Assembly (NCBI GenBank): GCA_016124515.1
Contig: WGNN01000024.1
Span: 1-56,963, forward strand
Direction of reading: 5' to 3'
DNA length: 56,963 nt
Source of the DNA: a bacterium
GTDB taxonomy: Bacteria > Bacteroidota > Bacteroidia > CAILMK01 > JACPUW01
The notes below the pieces were generated by a model that had not been told where the DNA came from, ran no database searches, and worked only from the letters and a program-made list of their open reading frames with translations. Below are positions 27,701 to 35,224 of the stretch, one piece after another (the first letter of the stretch is position 1; each line of letters begins with the position of its first letter). The position numbers were made by a program, and so were the translations under genes.

Positions 27701-27895
27701 AAAACCACCACCCAGGTTCCACTCTACTTTGGCTCCTGTGGGAATATTTTTGCCCGACAGAGAAACCGCAAGAGGAGCGCAGCCGGTGGTATTGCTAGCA
27801 GAAAAATCTACGGTACCGCATTGCCCATGAGCACCAAAATGCCACAACGGAATGAACAGAAGCGTATAAATAAGGGGTTTTAAGTGGGTCAACAT
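21707..27895 (-). CDS. Giant PKD-repeat surface protein with a T9SS type-B (gliding-motility-associated) C-terminal domain
   Basis: 2062-aa ORF with a signal peptide. It contains many ~86-aa PKD/Ig-like repeats carrying F.[AST]D....GC.P..[VI].F.[ND].[ST]. The C-terminus IPNAFSPNDDGVNDFFILYG...FDRWGEILFES...WDGK...GQYTYLVKI matches the TIGR04131-type CTD. Confidence 0.9.
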   Translation of the reverse strand: MLTHLKPLIYTLLFIPLWHFGAHGQCGTVDFSASNTTGCAPLAVSLSGKNIPTGAKVEWNLGGGFFIGTDTAFKYFTKAGKIDISLRITLKGQTTPCTTVVKKDYIEVLPKPKIKLWRSDSLLCNGAGSVTLIDSTAGVASRTWIFDGTTQSTTGTTITKSVGLGDHSVNLLVKNSYGCQSVYKNNAAIGVYSTIRVEICGNISQTGTETVGNFTGNVLNSSLKPIGYDWSFPGATPSSSTSSNPKGITYKAPIGTNKVTMNMKFPGGCVYTFEKDDYIKPFLSVDDDTACIKQVIQVTNLAADGGRSDFNMSFPGANFIGGDVKKTFKVSYFSTGSKSIDYSYKYNSDKIACQTTVKTPGLVVVEGPQARAFSNDKTDCRLDSVLIQSNSVVPTTGTNLYYWSIYDKDSNIIKPSPYGPKKNLSSFKMKFDSNGVYSIFLRVENTKNGCKDSLVLKNYLRLTPPQARIKFADSVLCADDQLVMESKSVPPPTSQNPYTYSWLVQHVDSSKIKFDAAAQKFSRRLTMPGLYTVRLIVKSNSACSDTLLLEKYVEVQGIIAEMNVDSTDGCAGFSTDVSSTIKFQYPPTSSPQYFYAWDVFPKKKKTNILAAYADSTKDKTSVTFYRNACYSLSLDINDIYGCKKRLTSKSICIGNKANFGWDIDTLNQLCLNEPFPLVDSSAINPRIYSWSVDKPGLEFSDPTISAPLITFKNAGKYQIKLVVSSGAPAYCKDSIVREIEIKAPEAKFKIDKPITNCAPQQIIFTNESKNANAFKWIYGDGGTSHVTSTDHIYLYTTNSISGFTAKLVAYNAGVEECADTFSLTTKVRIIGPTPLFSADTLRGCDTALVTYSNLTSPINADYVFDYGDGSVPDSNKMRPHTYTFNSGPGVDSVMYFPTIVASSDGCDAYFSDTVIIYRTAKASFTADTLEGCRPLKVTLINQSQAAQKFYWDLWNDNTMDSINQDTVVFELDTVGKFGVSLSTQVGTCISTYKIDSGIKVSVAPRARFELSSHSICDSANLTFTNKTFPITSKFVIDYGDGSPNDTNTIGTHLYKIPDSHPDDSIIYYPVLTAASFGCDNSYMDTVVVYRSPKVDFSIDSSVGCQPFTITLVNKTTANFGFDWDFYSDGNIDLSNKDTLQLLLDTVGFFGVSLTANYRGGCISTKKVDSIVQVVDLPVPSFTMDTTAGCDSITVNFTNTTAPAFTSYSFNFGDGSLEATDTIPQHTFYFPATAPGDSIIFSPKLTGTRVVCKAEFNDTVVVYKSPVANFSIDTTYGCQPMQFTLYNTSTPVSYTEWDIYNNGLVDSINTDTLAFSSDTVGQWSVRLFTRYVGGCTSTKVVDSFFRVFGMPQPQISFDTLRGCDTTSVNFTTNNPADSFIIVYGNGLTDTNVVNMARYAFPATSKSDSALFFINYKVYNPELAACEAVMIDTVYTFRSPTAGFKADTLEGCSPMTITFSDTTARAVAFDWDFNDDGIFDDSTKTASTVLDSGRQTIGLMVTSVEGCTNTLYKKNYVNVHLSPVAKFTASRRVSCPNSEISFIDRSVLDTNIATRTWSFGIPTSGDTLVVPNPMIAYHKMGQFLVKLTVVDSHFCKATDSFSIQIVNLDTPDVVNFTRLTNTVSTGNSVDWKSSPLADFLYYELVKVGANDSTKSKMSGTSFTDAGAGERELVKYYLQVTDSCNNKSLLSSPISRIVVSGDNQIENVLRLRWKFLEPNNFKTFRIYRRYPDGKAWKLIDSIAGSAKVYLDSTACDSGYVYRVEGVTTYNGTSLSNEVKLKAFFTKKNTPLKMYRATVQGDSVVRLDWERNTHAGQRKYVIDRAGADKLWQIGYDSAFVNHYIDTAADVRKNYFHYRVYVEDFCGNISPISNWGTSILLHGNDKSGNVALSWNEYEGWPAGYKFALQVKFGNGKFENLATFDNEGLSYTDNDLHSQMDTPWCYRVVAIQATGRQDSSFSNIYCDYFTSNIYIPNAFSPNDDGVNDFFILYGDALRREDLGNLDSYSLLIFDRWGEILFESDDPTMAWDGKKDGEVLPLGQYTYLVKIKEKDGNEINETGPVFIIR

Positions 27896-27996
27896 TGATG
27901 GGGAGTTTTAGTTATAAAATTTGGTTCATACGTTGGTTTCAAGAAAAATCGGAAATATTCGATTAAAAAAAATCACACTAATGCACGTGTGAAGAT

Positions 27997-28021
27997 GCAA
28001 AAATGCGCAAAATGGTTGCGC
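27997..28021 (-). terminator. Weak rho-independent terminator after the FAD oxidoreductase gene
   Basis: 6-bp stem GCGCAA (28005-28010) / TTGCGC (28016-28021, touching the stop codon) with a 5-nt loop. On the minus strand it is followed by ATTTTTGC. Confidence 0.4.
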
Positions 28022-29328
28022 TAACACAATTGTAGTCTGACAGCATGTGCTGATTGTAATTTATTTTCAGGATCATAGGTATGTTTTAATTGTTTCCACT
28101 GCTCCAATTCGGGGTACATGGCGGGCAGGTGTTCGGCATCCATTACCGCGTCTTTGGCCAGGTAAATTCTTCCGCCCATTTGCGCTACCAAGTTGCTCAG
28201 GTGTTTGCAAAGTTCCAGGGCCTTTTTACTCACCGCAAAATCGAGTGCGAGGGTGTAGCCTTCCATAGGAAAAGAAAGAAACCTGGGTGCTGCTTTGCCA
28301 AATCTTTTAATCACATTGAGAAAAGGAACCACTCCGGCGCCTTTGATGGCATTTATGATCAATTGCAGGTTTTGGTGACCGTCTGCTAACGGTACAACAA
28401 ATTGCAATTGCAAGAAACCGTTCTTTCCGTAGGCCAGGTTCCAGTTTGACAAAGCATCGAGCGGAAAGAAGTACTTGCGGAAATGTACCAGCCCGTTTTG
28501 TCTCTTTTGCGAAAAAGCAATGGCTTGGTTGAGCACCGATATACTCAACTTGTTGAGGCTGCCTGATGGAAAAGCCAGCGGTAAGGCAAATGGCTCTTTT
28601 ACATGTAATTGCAAATAGCTTCTATCCAGCTCATTGTCCACCTGGTGGCGGTTGGCACAGCTTAGCACACCGGCTGTGTGTTTGTTCAGCATATTTATCC
28701 AACCTACGGTAAAATGACTTTCCAAACCCTTGGTATCCAAAAGTTCGAGCATTTGCTCAAAGTTGGCAGCGGTGTAGGCTTTGGCTTCAACAAAAGCGCT
28801 TCTTACAGCTTGCAGGCGAAGCTTTGCGGTTTTTATATAACCCAGCAAACCGCAGCCACCGGCATTGGCCAAAAAAAGTTCAGTGTTTTGGTTTCGCGAG
28901 CAAACGAGCAATTGTCCGCTCGTGGTAAGCAAGGTAAAAGAAACCACATGGTCTATGAAAGAACCATCAATATGGTGGCCTTTGCCATGTACATTATTGG
29001 CTATGGCGCCACCAATGGTTATGTATTCGGTACCCGGACACACCGGCAGCATGTAGCCGCGCGGCAATACTGCATCGTGTATTTCGCGCAATGAAATACC
29101 CGATTCTACTTCCAGTTCATTACCTGAAAAAGATAGAATGCGGTTGTTTCTTGTATTGAGCAGGGTTTCGCCGTTTTCGCAAACCGCCTGATCGCCATAG
29201 CTTTTGCCCAAACCACGGTAAATGTATTTGTGGGGCGCGTGTTGAGACTGTTGCCAAACCAACTTGGTGGGTACGGGCGGGTAGTTTCCCCAGCCACTTT
29301 GTATTTGTACGTTTTGGTTTGACAGCAT
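28021..29328 (-). CDS. FAD-binding oxidoreductase, DprE1-like
   Basis: The PCMH-type FAD-binding region closely follows the DprE1 pattern: RGLGKSYGDQ, then PGTEYITIGGAIANNVHGKGHH. Length is 435 aa. Confidence 0.8.
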   Translation of the reverse strand: MLSNQNVQIQSGWGNYPPVPTKLVWQQSQHAPHKYIYRGLGKSYGDQAVCENGETLLNTRNNRILSFSGNELEVESGISLREIHDAVLPRGYMLPVCPGTEYITIGGAIANNVHGKGHHIDGSFIDHVVSFTLLTTSGQLLVCSRNQNTELFLANAGGCGLLGYIKTAKLRLQAVRSAFVEAKAYTAANFEQMLELLDTKGLESHFTVGWINMLNKHTAGVLSCANRHQVDNELDRSYLQLHVKEPFALPLAFPSGSLNKLSISVLNQAIAFSQKRQNGLVHFRKYFFPLDALSNWNLAYGKNGFLQLQFVVPLADGHQNLQLIINAIKGAGVVPFLNVIKRFGKAAPRFLSFPMEGYTLALDFAVSKKALELCKHLSNLVAQMGGRIYLAKDAVMDAEHLPAMYPELEQWKQLKHTYDPENKLQSAHAVRLQLC

Positions 29329-29888
29329 TAGGCTATTACGGTTTCGTGCATTGGTTGGTCAAACTTATTGCATGGAATGTAATTAACTTGCTGAAAGTGG
29401 TAACCGATGCCTATTGTGTAGGCATTTATCAATTTTGGTAAGAGCCTGTCGTAGTATCCTTTGCCGTGTCCGCAGCGGTGGCCATCCGGCGTAAAGGCCA
29501 GGCCGGGCACCAACACAAGTTCCACTTTTTCAAATGCTGCAAAGGCCTCGCCGGTGGGTTCCAAAATGCCAAACCTTGGTTCAGGCCTCATGCTTTCTAT
29601 CCCTTCAAATCTTTTGATTTCCAATTCGTTGCCCTTTATTACCGGTAGCAAAACTTCCTTTCCCATTTTCAGCAATTGTTGGTTGATTGCATGCGTTTTG
29701 GCTTCGCGCGGCATAGACCAATAGCTCAGTACGGTGTGTGATTCCCTAACTTTTTGGTGCGCCATCAAAGCGGCTTCCAACTCCGTATCTTTATCGCTGA
29801 AATAACTTTCGGGAAGGCTCTTTTGCAGGGCATAAATCCGCTGTCGCAGTTCTTTTTTTTCTTGTTGTATATCGCTCAACATGGACAT
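29328..29888 (-). CDS. 5-formyltetrahydrofolate cyclo-ligase
   Basis: Family motifs LLPV....L, VLVPGLAFTPDGHRCGHGKGYYDRLL. TAATG overlap with the downstream gene. Confidence 0.85.
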   Translation of the reverse strand: MSMLSDIQQEKKELRQRIYALQKSLPESYFSDKDTELEAALMAHQKVRESHTVLSYWSMPREAKTHAINQQLLKMGKEVLLPVIKGNELEIKRFEGIESMRPEPRFGILEPTGEAFAAFEKVELVLVPGLAFTPDGHRCGHGKGYYDRLLPKLINAYTIGIGYHFQQVNYIPCNKFDQPMHETVIA

Positions 29889-29894
29889 AGTTTC

Positions 29895-31628
29895 TTACTT
29901 AAGCAGCCCGCGTTTATTTCTTCGCTCCAACTCATCAAGCCTTTTTGAATACACATTTACTTTATAAGGCTCGTTGCGGTCTTTATAAAAATCAATGAGT
30001 CTGCGCAGGGTTTCCACATTGTTTTTATCAAGCAAATATGCCTGATTGTAAGCTATTTCAGCACTATCGGCCTGGTTTATTCTCAGTTGCAAATCGCCCA
30101 TTTGATTAAAACTCTCCGGATTTTTCTGGTTGTAGAAAATAGCTGCCCTGATAATGGCATAGGCGGTTTCCAAATCATCTTCTTCCATTGCTTTTTTGGC
30201 CAACTCATTATACGCCACCGACAAGTTGCTGCGGGCATTTTCATTGTCGGGCTCATAGTCGAGTGCATACCTGAAGTGGAAAACGGCGGCTTGCAAACTG
30301 TCTTCTTCAAATTTTTGTGCGCCCCAATTGATACGCGCCATGGCCAAATACTGCCGCATTTGCGGATAATTGGGGTTGAGTTCAATGGCCTTTTCAAATG
30401 CGATGGCTGCGTGCGGAAAATCGCCTTTCATCATAAACGCTATTCCCAAATGCGACTTCAACAAGGCATTTGTGCTGTCAAGGTCCATATAGAATTTCAT
30501 TCTTTCTATAAGTCTGTCCAAATGCGCAAACTGCTTTTCATCAGGGTTTTCTATGGCATTGAGTTCATTTATAAAATAGTTTTCAAGCCCGTTGGCAAAA
30601 GCGGGAATGGTGCGGATAGAATCGATGGCTTGCAGGGTTTTGGCCGCCCGTTGGCTCATGGCGTCGCCGCAGCTAACGGCTTTTATCAACTCTACCTCGG
30701 CTTTTTCAAGCGAATCGCTGCGGTAGTGGTATTCGCCCATTAGCCAATAATTTCTGCTTTTGTCGGGCCGCATTTTCAAGGTCTTGCGCCATTGCTGTAT
30801 GGCCTTTTCGTTTTTATTCTGCTTTCTGTACACCTCGCCTACCAATACGCTTAAACCCCAATGGCCGGGAAGATTTATGAGGCCAAGTTGGCAAGATTGC
30901 AGCGCATCGTCCCATTTGTTGAAACGGAATTGTGCCCTTGCCAAACCATACCACACCTGTATGTTGTTGGGGAAACTGTCGCGAAGTTCTTTAAAATCGG
31001 CTACGGCTTGACCGGTATTGCGGGAGTATAATATTTTATAGGCTTTGGCAATAACACCTTGTGGTGGTGCCGCAACCGCCATACTAATACCGCGGTAAAG
31101 CTGTGCTTCCTCCACGTTTTCGGGTGGAAATGACGGACTGGCTTGCTCCTGAATGGTGAGTGCGGCCCTGCTGAAAATTCCCATATCGTATTTCCGCAAA
31201 TCCTTCTTTTCATAGGGAATTTTTTGGGTGGAAATGTCGCGGAGAAAAACCGGCAATTCGAAATTAAGGCCTAGCGTATCGTCGGGATGCTCTTGGTGGT
31301 AGGTCAATACGGCACTAATGCCTCCCATATTCAAGTAATCGCCGTTGTTTGATCCAATTTCGTTGGTTGACGAATAAAATGGCAAACTGCTCTCAGCATA
31401 TTGATAAGGACTAAAAAACCGGAAGCGATATATACCTGCCGCACTGCACAACAAAAGCACAGCAGGCAGCGCCCATTTCATCATTTTGGGAGATATTTTT
31501 TGAAGCATTGGCTCCAGCAAAACCACCGCAATGAGCGCAAGCGGATATTGCAGGGTCACCCATCCGTAGGCTCCTTTGTAGGCGAAGCCCGGTTGTAGCA
31601 AAAGCAGACACGCGCCCATGAAAACCAT
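29895..31628 (-). CDS. TPR-repeat protein with N-terminal TM helices (possibly the C-terminal part of a split membrane/TPR gene)
   Basis: 577 aa. There are ~3 N-terminal hydrophobic helices, then multiple TPR-like repeats (e.g. AIAFEKAIELNPNYPQMRQYLAMA, AEIAYNQAYLLDKNNVETL). It is in the same frame as 31647..32450, separated only by TAA plus 6 codons. Confidence 0.75.
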   Translation of the reverse strand: MVFMGACLLLLQPGFAYKGAYGWVTLQYPLALIAVVLLEPMLQKISPKMMKWALPAVLLLCSAAGIYRFRFFSPYQYAESSLPFYSSTNEIGSNNGDYLNMGGISAVLTYHQEHPDDTLGLNFELPVFLRDISTQKIPYEKKDLRKYDMGIFSRAALTIQEQASPSFPPENVEEAQLYRGISMAVAAPPQGVIAKAYKILYSRNTGQAVADFKELRDSFPNNIQVWYGLARAQFRFNKWDDALQSCQLGLINLPGHWGLSVLVGEVYRKQNKNEKAIQQWRKTLKMRPDKSRNYWLMGEYHYRSDSLEKAEVELIKAVSCGDAMSQRAAKTLQAIDSIRTIPAFANGLENYFINELNAIENPDEKQFAHLDRLIERMKFYMDLDSTNALLKSHLGIAFMMKGDFPHAAIAFEKAIELNPNYPQMRQYLAMARINWGAQKFEEDSLQAAVFHFRYALDYEPDNENARSNLSVAYNELAKKAMEEDDLETAYAIIRAAIFYNQKNPESFNQMGDLQLRINQADSAEIAYNQAYLLDKNNVETLRRLIDFYKDRNEPYKVNVYSKRLDELERRNKRGLLK

Positions 31629-31646
31629 GAGAAAAGCGGGTATTTT

Positions 31647-32450
31647 TTAAATGGATTTTATTTGCCTGAAGAAAAAACCCGAAGCCACAGCTGCAAGCAA
31701 TAAATAAGGTGAATAAAAGCGGATGAGCTGGGCAAAGGCATAGAATCGTGGCAAGTTATCTCCTTGATAGGTCACCGCGTTGAAGTAATAGGTAATGCCG
31801 GGCTGTGCCGCTATAAAAGCAGTGAGATTGCGCAAAAACAGGGGGTCAAAAAACAAAGTTGCCAAAGCGGCCAATGCAAAAGCTATCAGGTTTTTATACA
31901 CGCCTTTATCAAGCCATAGTTCAACCAAAATAACCGCAGCAACCACGGGCATCCACAAGGCAGAAGTGCCCATGACCAACAAAAAAGAAAGTGCCTGCAA
32001 GGGAACAAATAAGGGCAGCGGACATTTGGGTTTGATGGCTTGTAGCAAAAGGAGTGCAGCCATACCTAATTGGAGCAAGGCTACCGCCGGCGACAAAACC
32101 GACAACCAAACAACGGAAATTGTAGCAGAATAACTTAGACTTAACACCAAGACGCCCAATACTTTTTGCCACTTGTATGCAAGTATTGCCACAAGCCAAA
32201 AAGAGAGTGCCGAAAGGGCTGCCAAAAAGCAATTGAAACCCGTGTAAGAAAACAATATTTGCTGCTTCTGCAAAAGGGCAAAAACGCCGCGAAGCGGAAA
32301 ATAAACGGCATTGAATTCGGGGCTTGCCTCATTGGAGAGTGCATAGTACCAATTGGTAGCCGGGGCCATAAGCGCCGCAGCGAGCAAAAGGGAAAGCACG
32401 GCCAACACCGATACCAAAACCCATTTGTTAAAAACAGGGAGTGTTTTCAT
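31647..32450 (-). CDS. Polytopic membrane protein (possibly the N-terminal part of a split GT-C-like membrane/TPR gene)
   Basis: About 8 hydrophobic helices and no soluble domain. ATG at 32450; the track start at 32456 is TTG. It ends at TAA 31647-31649, in frame with the next ORF. Confidence 0.65.
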   Translation of the reverse strand: MKTLPVFNKWVLVSVLAVLSLLLAAALMAPATNWYYALSNEASPEFNAVYFPLRGVFALLQKQQILFSYTGFNCFLAALSALSFWLVAILAYKWQKVLGVLVLSLSYSATISVVWLSVLSPAVALLQLGMAALLLLQAIKPKCPLPLFVPLQALSFLLVMGTSALWMPVVAAVILVELWLDKGVYKNLIAFALAALATLFFDPLFLRNLTAFIAAQPGITYYFNAVTYQGDNLPRFYAFAQLIRFYSPYLLLAAVASGFFFRQIKSI

Positions 32451-32459
32451 TGGCAAAAT

Positions 32460-33170
32460 CTAGCCCCAAAGGTCTTTAATAAATTCCTTAAACTCCTTGC
32501 GGTGCGAGTTGCTGATGGGTATGTTTTCGCCCTGAAGTATGACGGTATTGTTTGAGAATGACTGTATTTTATCTACGTTGATCATATAGGAGCGGTGTAT
32601 TCTGAAAAACCTTCTGTCGTTGAGTTCGTCCTCCAGGTTTTTCAATGGAATACGCACCAGAATTTTCTTTTTCTCGGTGGTAAAAAATACCGAATAGTTG
32701 TCGTCTGATTTTACGTAAAGCACATCATCATAAAAAATCTTCTTCACCATTTTATTGTCTGAGTAAGCATAGAACTCCTTCTTACGCTCAGGTCTCAGGG
32801 TCATGGTTTTACGCTTTGCCAGCTCAATGTTCAATCTAAGGTCAAGCTCGGTGTAGGGTTTGGCTATAAAGGCGGCATAATTGGTCTCCTTTACACGGTC
32901 AAGCGTGGCTTCATCATAGTAGGAAGTCAGGTAGATAAACGGGATGCCTTTTGACTGCAAGTATTTAGCTACTGAAATTCCATCGCGGTCGCCTTTTATA
33001 TTGATGTCGAGTATGGCAAGGTCTATTTCTTGTTGGTCAATAATGGCCTCGGCACCCACGGCAGTTGAAACCGTATCGACCACCTCGTGACCCATTTTTT
33101 CGATATTGGTACTCAACTCAAAAGCTATGAGTGAGTTATCTTCTACAATCAGAATTTTTAGTTTATCCAT
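32460..33170 (-). CDS. LytTR-family two-component response regulator (paralogue of 12726..13436)
   Basis: Receiver domain (ILIVEDN, LAILDINIKGDRDG, FIAKP) plus LytTR domain (VLYVKSDDNYSVF...FFRIHRSYMINV). The ATG at 33170 overlaps the kinase stop by 8 nt. The track ORF over-extends to 33263. Confidence 0.9.
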   Translation of the reverse strand: MDKLKILIVEDNSLIAFELSTNIEKMGHEVVDTVSTAVGAEAIIDQQEIDLAILDINIKGDRDGISVAKYLQSKGIPFIYLTSYYDEATLDRVKETNYAAFIAKPYTELDLRLNIELAKRKTMTLRPERKKEFYAYSDNKMVKKIFYDDVLYVKSDDNYSVFFTTEKKKILVRIPLKNLEDELNDRRFFRIHRSYMINVDKIQSFSNNTVILQGENIPISNSHRKEFKEFIKDLWG

Positions 33171-35175
33171 TTTTACTGTTTTTCTTAATGTTGATACTAA
33201 TTCTAATACCTGATTCGCCGTCTTTAGGTTCGTGGTATTTGAGCTCACCGCCAATATCTTCAACCAAAAGCTTCATTAAAGATATTCCCATTTGTTTGTC
33301 TTCTGCAAAAAAATTGCGATCGAGCCCCGGACCGTTGTCGGCATACCTGATGAGTTTGTAGCGTTCGTTCTCATAAAAACTCACTTTTATGGTCAGATCG
33401 TCGTTGTCGCAGTGTTTTACCGAGTTGGTTATCATTTCGTTAAGCACCAAGCCAATGGAGTTGAAAGAGTCCATATTAAATGAAGCCCGGCGCCAGCGGT
33501 AAATCAATTGCAACTGACTTGACTCTAAACCCAGCGACAGCACAAGGGAATTGGCAAGGCCCTGTATAAAACTCTTCAGGTTGATGTTGGGATCTTGCTG
33601 CGGATTCATATTCAAAAGATTGTGCACCAACGACATGGCACGAACCTTTTGAAGGTTTTCATCAAGTATTTGCCGCGCCTCAGAATCGGTGATTTTTTGA
33701 GATTTGATGGCAAAAAGGCTTGATATGAATTGCAGGTTGTTCTTTACACGGTGGTGCAATTCTTTTAGCAGCAGCTCGTTCTCCTTTACCTTTCTCGATA
33801 TTTCGCGGTTGGCTTTGCTTTTTATTCGGTAGCGACTTGCAAAAAGCCCCGCCACTACCATCAAAACCACAATAATAGAGGTGAGCAGCAATTTTACTAT
33901 TCGGTCTTTGGCTTCCAGGTCGCGGTAGTATTTCAGCCTTTCGTTTTGCAGTTCGTTTTCCTTTTTTATTTCAATGAGCTCCAACTCGCGCCTTTCGGTA
34001 TCGAATATATTTTGCAGGCGAATGATTAATTCGTCGTTTTCCAGCTTGTCGAGCGAGTCTTTAAGCACCTGGTACTTTTCGTGGTACCAAAGCGCGCTGT
34101 CTTTGTAGTTAAGGTCTTTGTAAATGAGATAAAACTGCCTGAAAAGGGTGAGCAACTGCACATCGGCGCCGGTTTTTTTGGTAATACCAATGCCTTCGCG
34201 GGTAAGGTCAAGCGCGTCGTCGTAGCGTTTCAGCTTCAGGTATGAGTTGGCCAGTGCTACATAGCTTTGGGGCAAATCGCCGTAGTTTTTGTTTTTGGCC
34301 CGCAGGTTTAGCGCCTGTTGCTGCAAGTTGATTGCCTCGCGGAGGTTGTTTTGCCGGTAGGCCAGCATCCCCAGGTTGTCGTACATCTGCGCTATACCTT
34401 TTGGGTCGTTTTGTATGGTATATATTTCCTTGGCCTTGTCAAAATATACTTTGGCCTCAGCATATTGTTTTAGCGCCATCAGGGCCGAACCCACGCTTGA
34501 GGTAGCGAGCGCTATACCCGACTCATCGCCTAATTCGTTGTAGGCATTCAAGGCATTTTTATAAAACTGAATGGCCTTGTTGTAGTTGCCTTGCTTTTGG
34601 TAAATAACGCCTATGCGGTTGTTGAATATGGCTACGAAATGCTCCTTTCCTGTTTTTTCTGCTATTCTAATGCCCGTTATGCAATAGTCGAGCGCTTTTG
34701 ATAAGCTGCCGTTTTCGCTGTGTTGGATACTGAGGCGCTGCAAGTAGTACAATTTTTTGGCAGCACTTTGATTCACAGCCATTTGGTAGGCCTTTTCAAA
34801 GTAGTACAAAGCGCTGTCGGAAAGGTAGAGATGGGTGTAGGTATTGCCTAAAATGCGGTAGGCTTCCTGTATTTTGTCGCTGTTGTTTTTTTTGCTTACG
34901 TACAGCACTTTCCAAGCTATCGTGAGTGCGGTATCGTATTTGGCCTGGTAGTAATACAACTCGCTTTTGCGAATGAGCAGGTCAATCAGCTTGCTTTTGT
35001 CAGTGTCTCTGTTGAGGTTGGCAAGTGAGTTGTGTATTAGTTTTCCGGCTTTGTGAGGTTTGCTTTTTATTAAAGAATCAATTTGCCCAATGGTAGTAGA
35101 TGCACCCTCAGCGGCATAGGAATGGCCGTAGCCATACAATAGTGCCAACAGGCATAATACTACATTCTTCAACAA
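33163..35175 (-). CDS. Sensor histidine kinase with an extracytoplasmic TPR domain (HisKA_2 type; paralogue of 10624..12729)
   Basis: Signal peptide, ~400 aa of TPR repeats, one TM segment (LLLTSIIVVLMVVAGLFAS), H-box LHHRVKNNLQFISSLF, N-box NEMITNSVKH and G-box DNGPGL. The start codon is TTG (35175 or 35172); there is no in-frame ATG. Confidence 0.9.
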   Translation of the reverse strand: MLKNVVLCLLALLYGYGHSYAAEGASTTIGQIDSLIKSKPHKAGKLIHNSLANLNRDTDKSKLIDLLIRKSELYYYQAKYDTALTIAWKVLYVSKKNNSDKIQEAYRILGNTYTHLYLSDSALYYFEKAYQMAVNQSAAKKLYYLQRLSIQHSENGSLSKALDYCITGIRIAEKTGKEHFVAIFNNRIGVIYQKQGNYNKAIQFYKNALNAYNELGDESGIALATSSVGSALMALKQYAEAKVYFDKAKEIYTIQNDPKGIAQMYDNLGMLAYRQNNLREAINLQQQALNLRAKNKNYGDLPQSYVALANSYLKLKRYDDALDLTREGIGITKKTGADVQLLTLFRQFYLIYKDLNYKDSALWYHEKYQVLKDSLDKLENDELIIRLQNIFDTERRELELIEIKKENELQNERLKYYRDLEAKDRIVKLLLTSIIVVLMVVAGLFASRYRIKSKANREISRKVKENELLLKELHHRVKNNLQFISSLFAIKSQKITDSEARQILDENLQKVRAMSLVHNLLNMNPQQDPNINLKSFIQGLANSLVLSLGLESSQLQLIYRWRRASFNMDSFNSIGLVLNEMITNSVKHCDNDDLTIKVSFYENERYKLIRYADNGPGLDRNFFAEDKQMGISLMKLLVEDIGGELKYHEPKDGESGIRISINIKKNSKNG

Positions 35176-35224
35176 AAGGTTGTGTTATTATCAATTTGCG
35201 CAAAATAATGGTTTGCAAATGGGT

